Part shown: piece after piece, positions 63,357 through 64,000 of the stretch
How the letters are laid out: every line of letters starts with the position of its first letter
Position numbering within the stretch: position 1 is the first letter of the stretch
IMG/VR virus record: IMGVR_UViG_3300045988_135716
Span: 32,001 to 96,000 of that record
DNA from: a virus
Length of the DNA: 64,000 bases
Direction: 5' to 3' (one strand)
The notes under the pieces: generated by a model
Told to the model about the DNA's origin: nothing
Databases searched by the model: none
The model's input: the letters and a program-made list of their open reading frames with translations, nothing else
Made by a program: the position numbers and the translations under genes

Positions 63357-64000
63357 ATGGGATTATTAGGAAGATATAAAAACGGTAACTTTGTGACAAC
63401 TATTTTAAGTGACGGAACAAAAATTAGAGAAACAGAAGATGATGAATTTATTCCTTCATTTGCTGAAAATATGGATATAAAAATTTGCAACTATTGTGAT
63501 ATGGGATGTAAATTTTGTCATGAGGGTAGCACAATAAATGGCAAGTTTGGTAATATTTTAAATGAAAAATTTGTTGATACTTTACATCCATATCAAGAAG
63601 TTGCGATTGGCGGTGGTGATGCAACCAGTCATCCTGATTTAATTCCATTCTTACAAAAACTAAAAGAACGAAAAGTTATTGCAAATATGACTGTTAATCA
63701 GATCCATTTTGAAAAGAAGCATGAATTAATAAAGAGATTAGTCAATGAGAAATTAATCTATGGTCTTGGCGTTTCGTTAGTAAATCCCACAAAACATTTT
63801 ATTGAACTTATAAAACAATATCCAAATGCAGTTATTCATGTAATTAATGGTGTATTAAAACCATCTGATATAAAAGCATTAGAGAATAATAATTTAAAGA
63901 TGTTAATTCTTGGGTATAAACATTTGCGTAGAGGTAATGAGTATTTTGAAGAAGAACAGAATGATATTGAGACTAAGCAGCAATGGTTATATGAAAATCT
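63357..64000 (+). CDS. radical SAM enzyme (N-terminal 214 codons; runs off window end)
   Basis: Not in track (no stop in window). TAGGAGG SD, ATG 63357; CDMGCKFC = CxxxCxxC cluster motif; GGGDATSHPDL glycine-rich SAM motif. Confidence 0.7.
   Translation, partial: MGLLGRYKNGNFVTTILSDGTKIRETEDDEFIPSFAENMDIKICNYCDMGCKFCHEGSTINGKFGNILNEKFVDTLHPYQEVAIGGGDATSHPDLIPFLQKLKERKVIANMTVNQIHFEKKHELIKRLVNEKLIYGLGVSLVNPTKHFIELIKQYPNAVIHVINGVLKPSDIKALENNNLKMLILGYKHLRRGNEYFEEEQNDIETKQQWLYEN

Noticed and set aside
1-64000. Alternative genetic code (TAG or TGA reassignment), as seen in some large gut phages.
   Set aside because: Genes with recognisable motifs are full-length under the standard code. TAA, TAG and TGA all occur as terminators immediately followed by SD-start signals. 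The broken genes are explained by frame shifts, not in-frame stops.

Overview
This is a low-GC (about 30% by eye), very densely packed 64-kb segment that looks like the early/accessory region of a large Firmicutes-type phage or phage-plasmid. I recognise no virion or packaging genes in the window.

**Layout**
- **1-6.9 kb:** a minus-strand module with a GIY-YIG nuclease, an AntA-like antirepressor and an RHH regulator. It is interrupted by a 2.7-kb ORF-free tract (3.5-6.2 kb) whose two halves have mirror-image strand composition: a C-poor arm, then a G-poor arm containing a 226-nt G-free run.
- **6.9-7.1 kb:** divergent promoters with three copies of a 14-bp palindrome.
- **7.16-8.05 kb:** a 35-codon micro-ORF followed by about 780 nt of ORF-free, hairpin-rich sequence ending at a terminator. 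This is a candidate large ncRNA.
- **8.2-64 kb:** an almost unbroken plus-strand train of about 140 mostly small ORFs.

**Recognisable products:** beta-clamp-like protein, antirepressor, HicA, Lar, MazF/PemK with a divergent XRE repressor, tyrosine recombinase, Tpt1/KptA, four to five ParB/Srx-fold (DGQHR/DUF262) paralogs including one fused to a sigma-like N-terminus, several HNH nucleases, two tandem C5-cytosine methyltransferases, an SNF2-like helicase plus amino-methyltransferase pair, and a terminal cluster of vWA, PurA/PurZ-like, two unknown paralogs and a radical-SAM protein.

**Most striking locus (39.8-41.8 kb):** a three-repeat mini-CRISPR array whose last repeat is joined to a cis anti-repeat and a ~250-nt leader running into an IscB-type (PLMP-RuvC-HNH) nuclease gene.

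**Other recurring signals:** a 16-nt TGAAA-N6-TTTCA element sits between stop codons and Shine-Dalgarno (SD) sites of many genes, and a ~30-nt conserved element occurs three times.

**Caveat:** at least seven genes appear broken by 1-nt indels, several of them in short homopolymer runs. The assembly may therefore carry homopolymer errors, and all start and frame calls should be read with that in mind.
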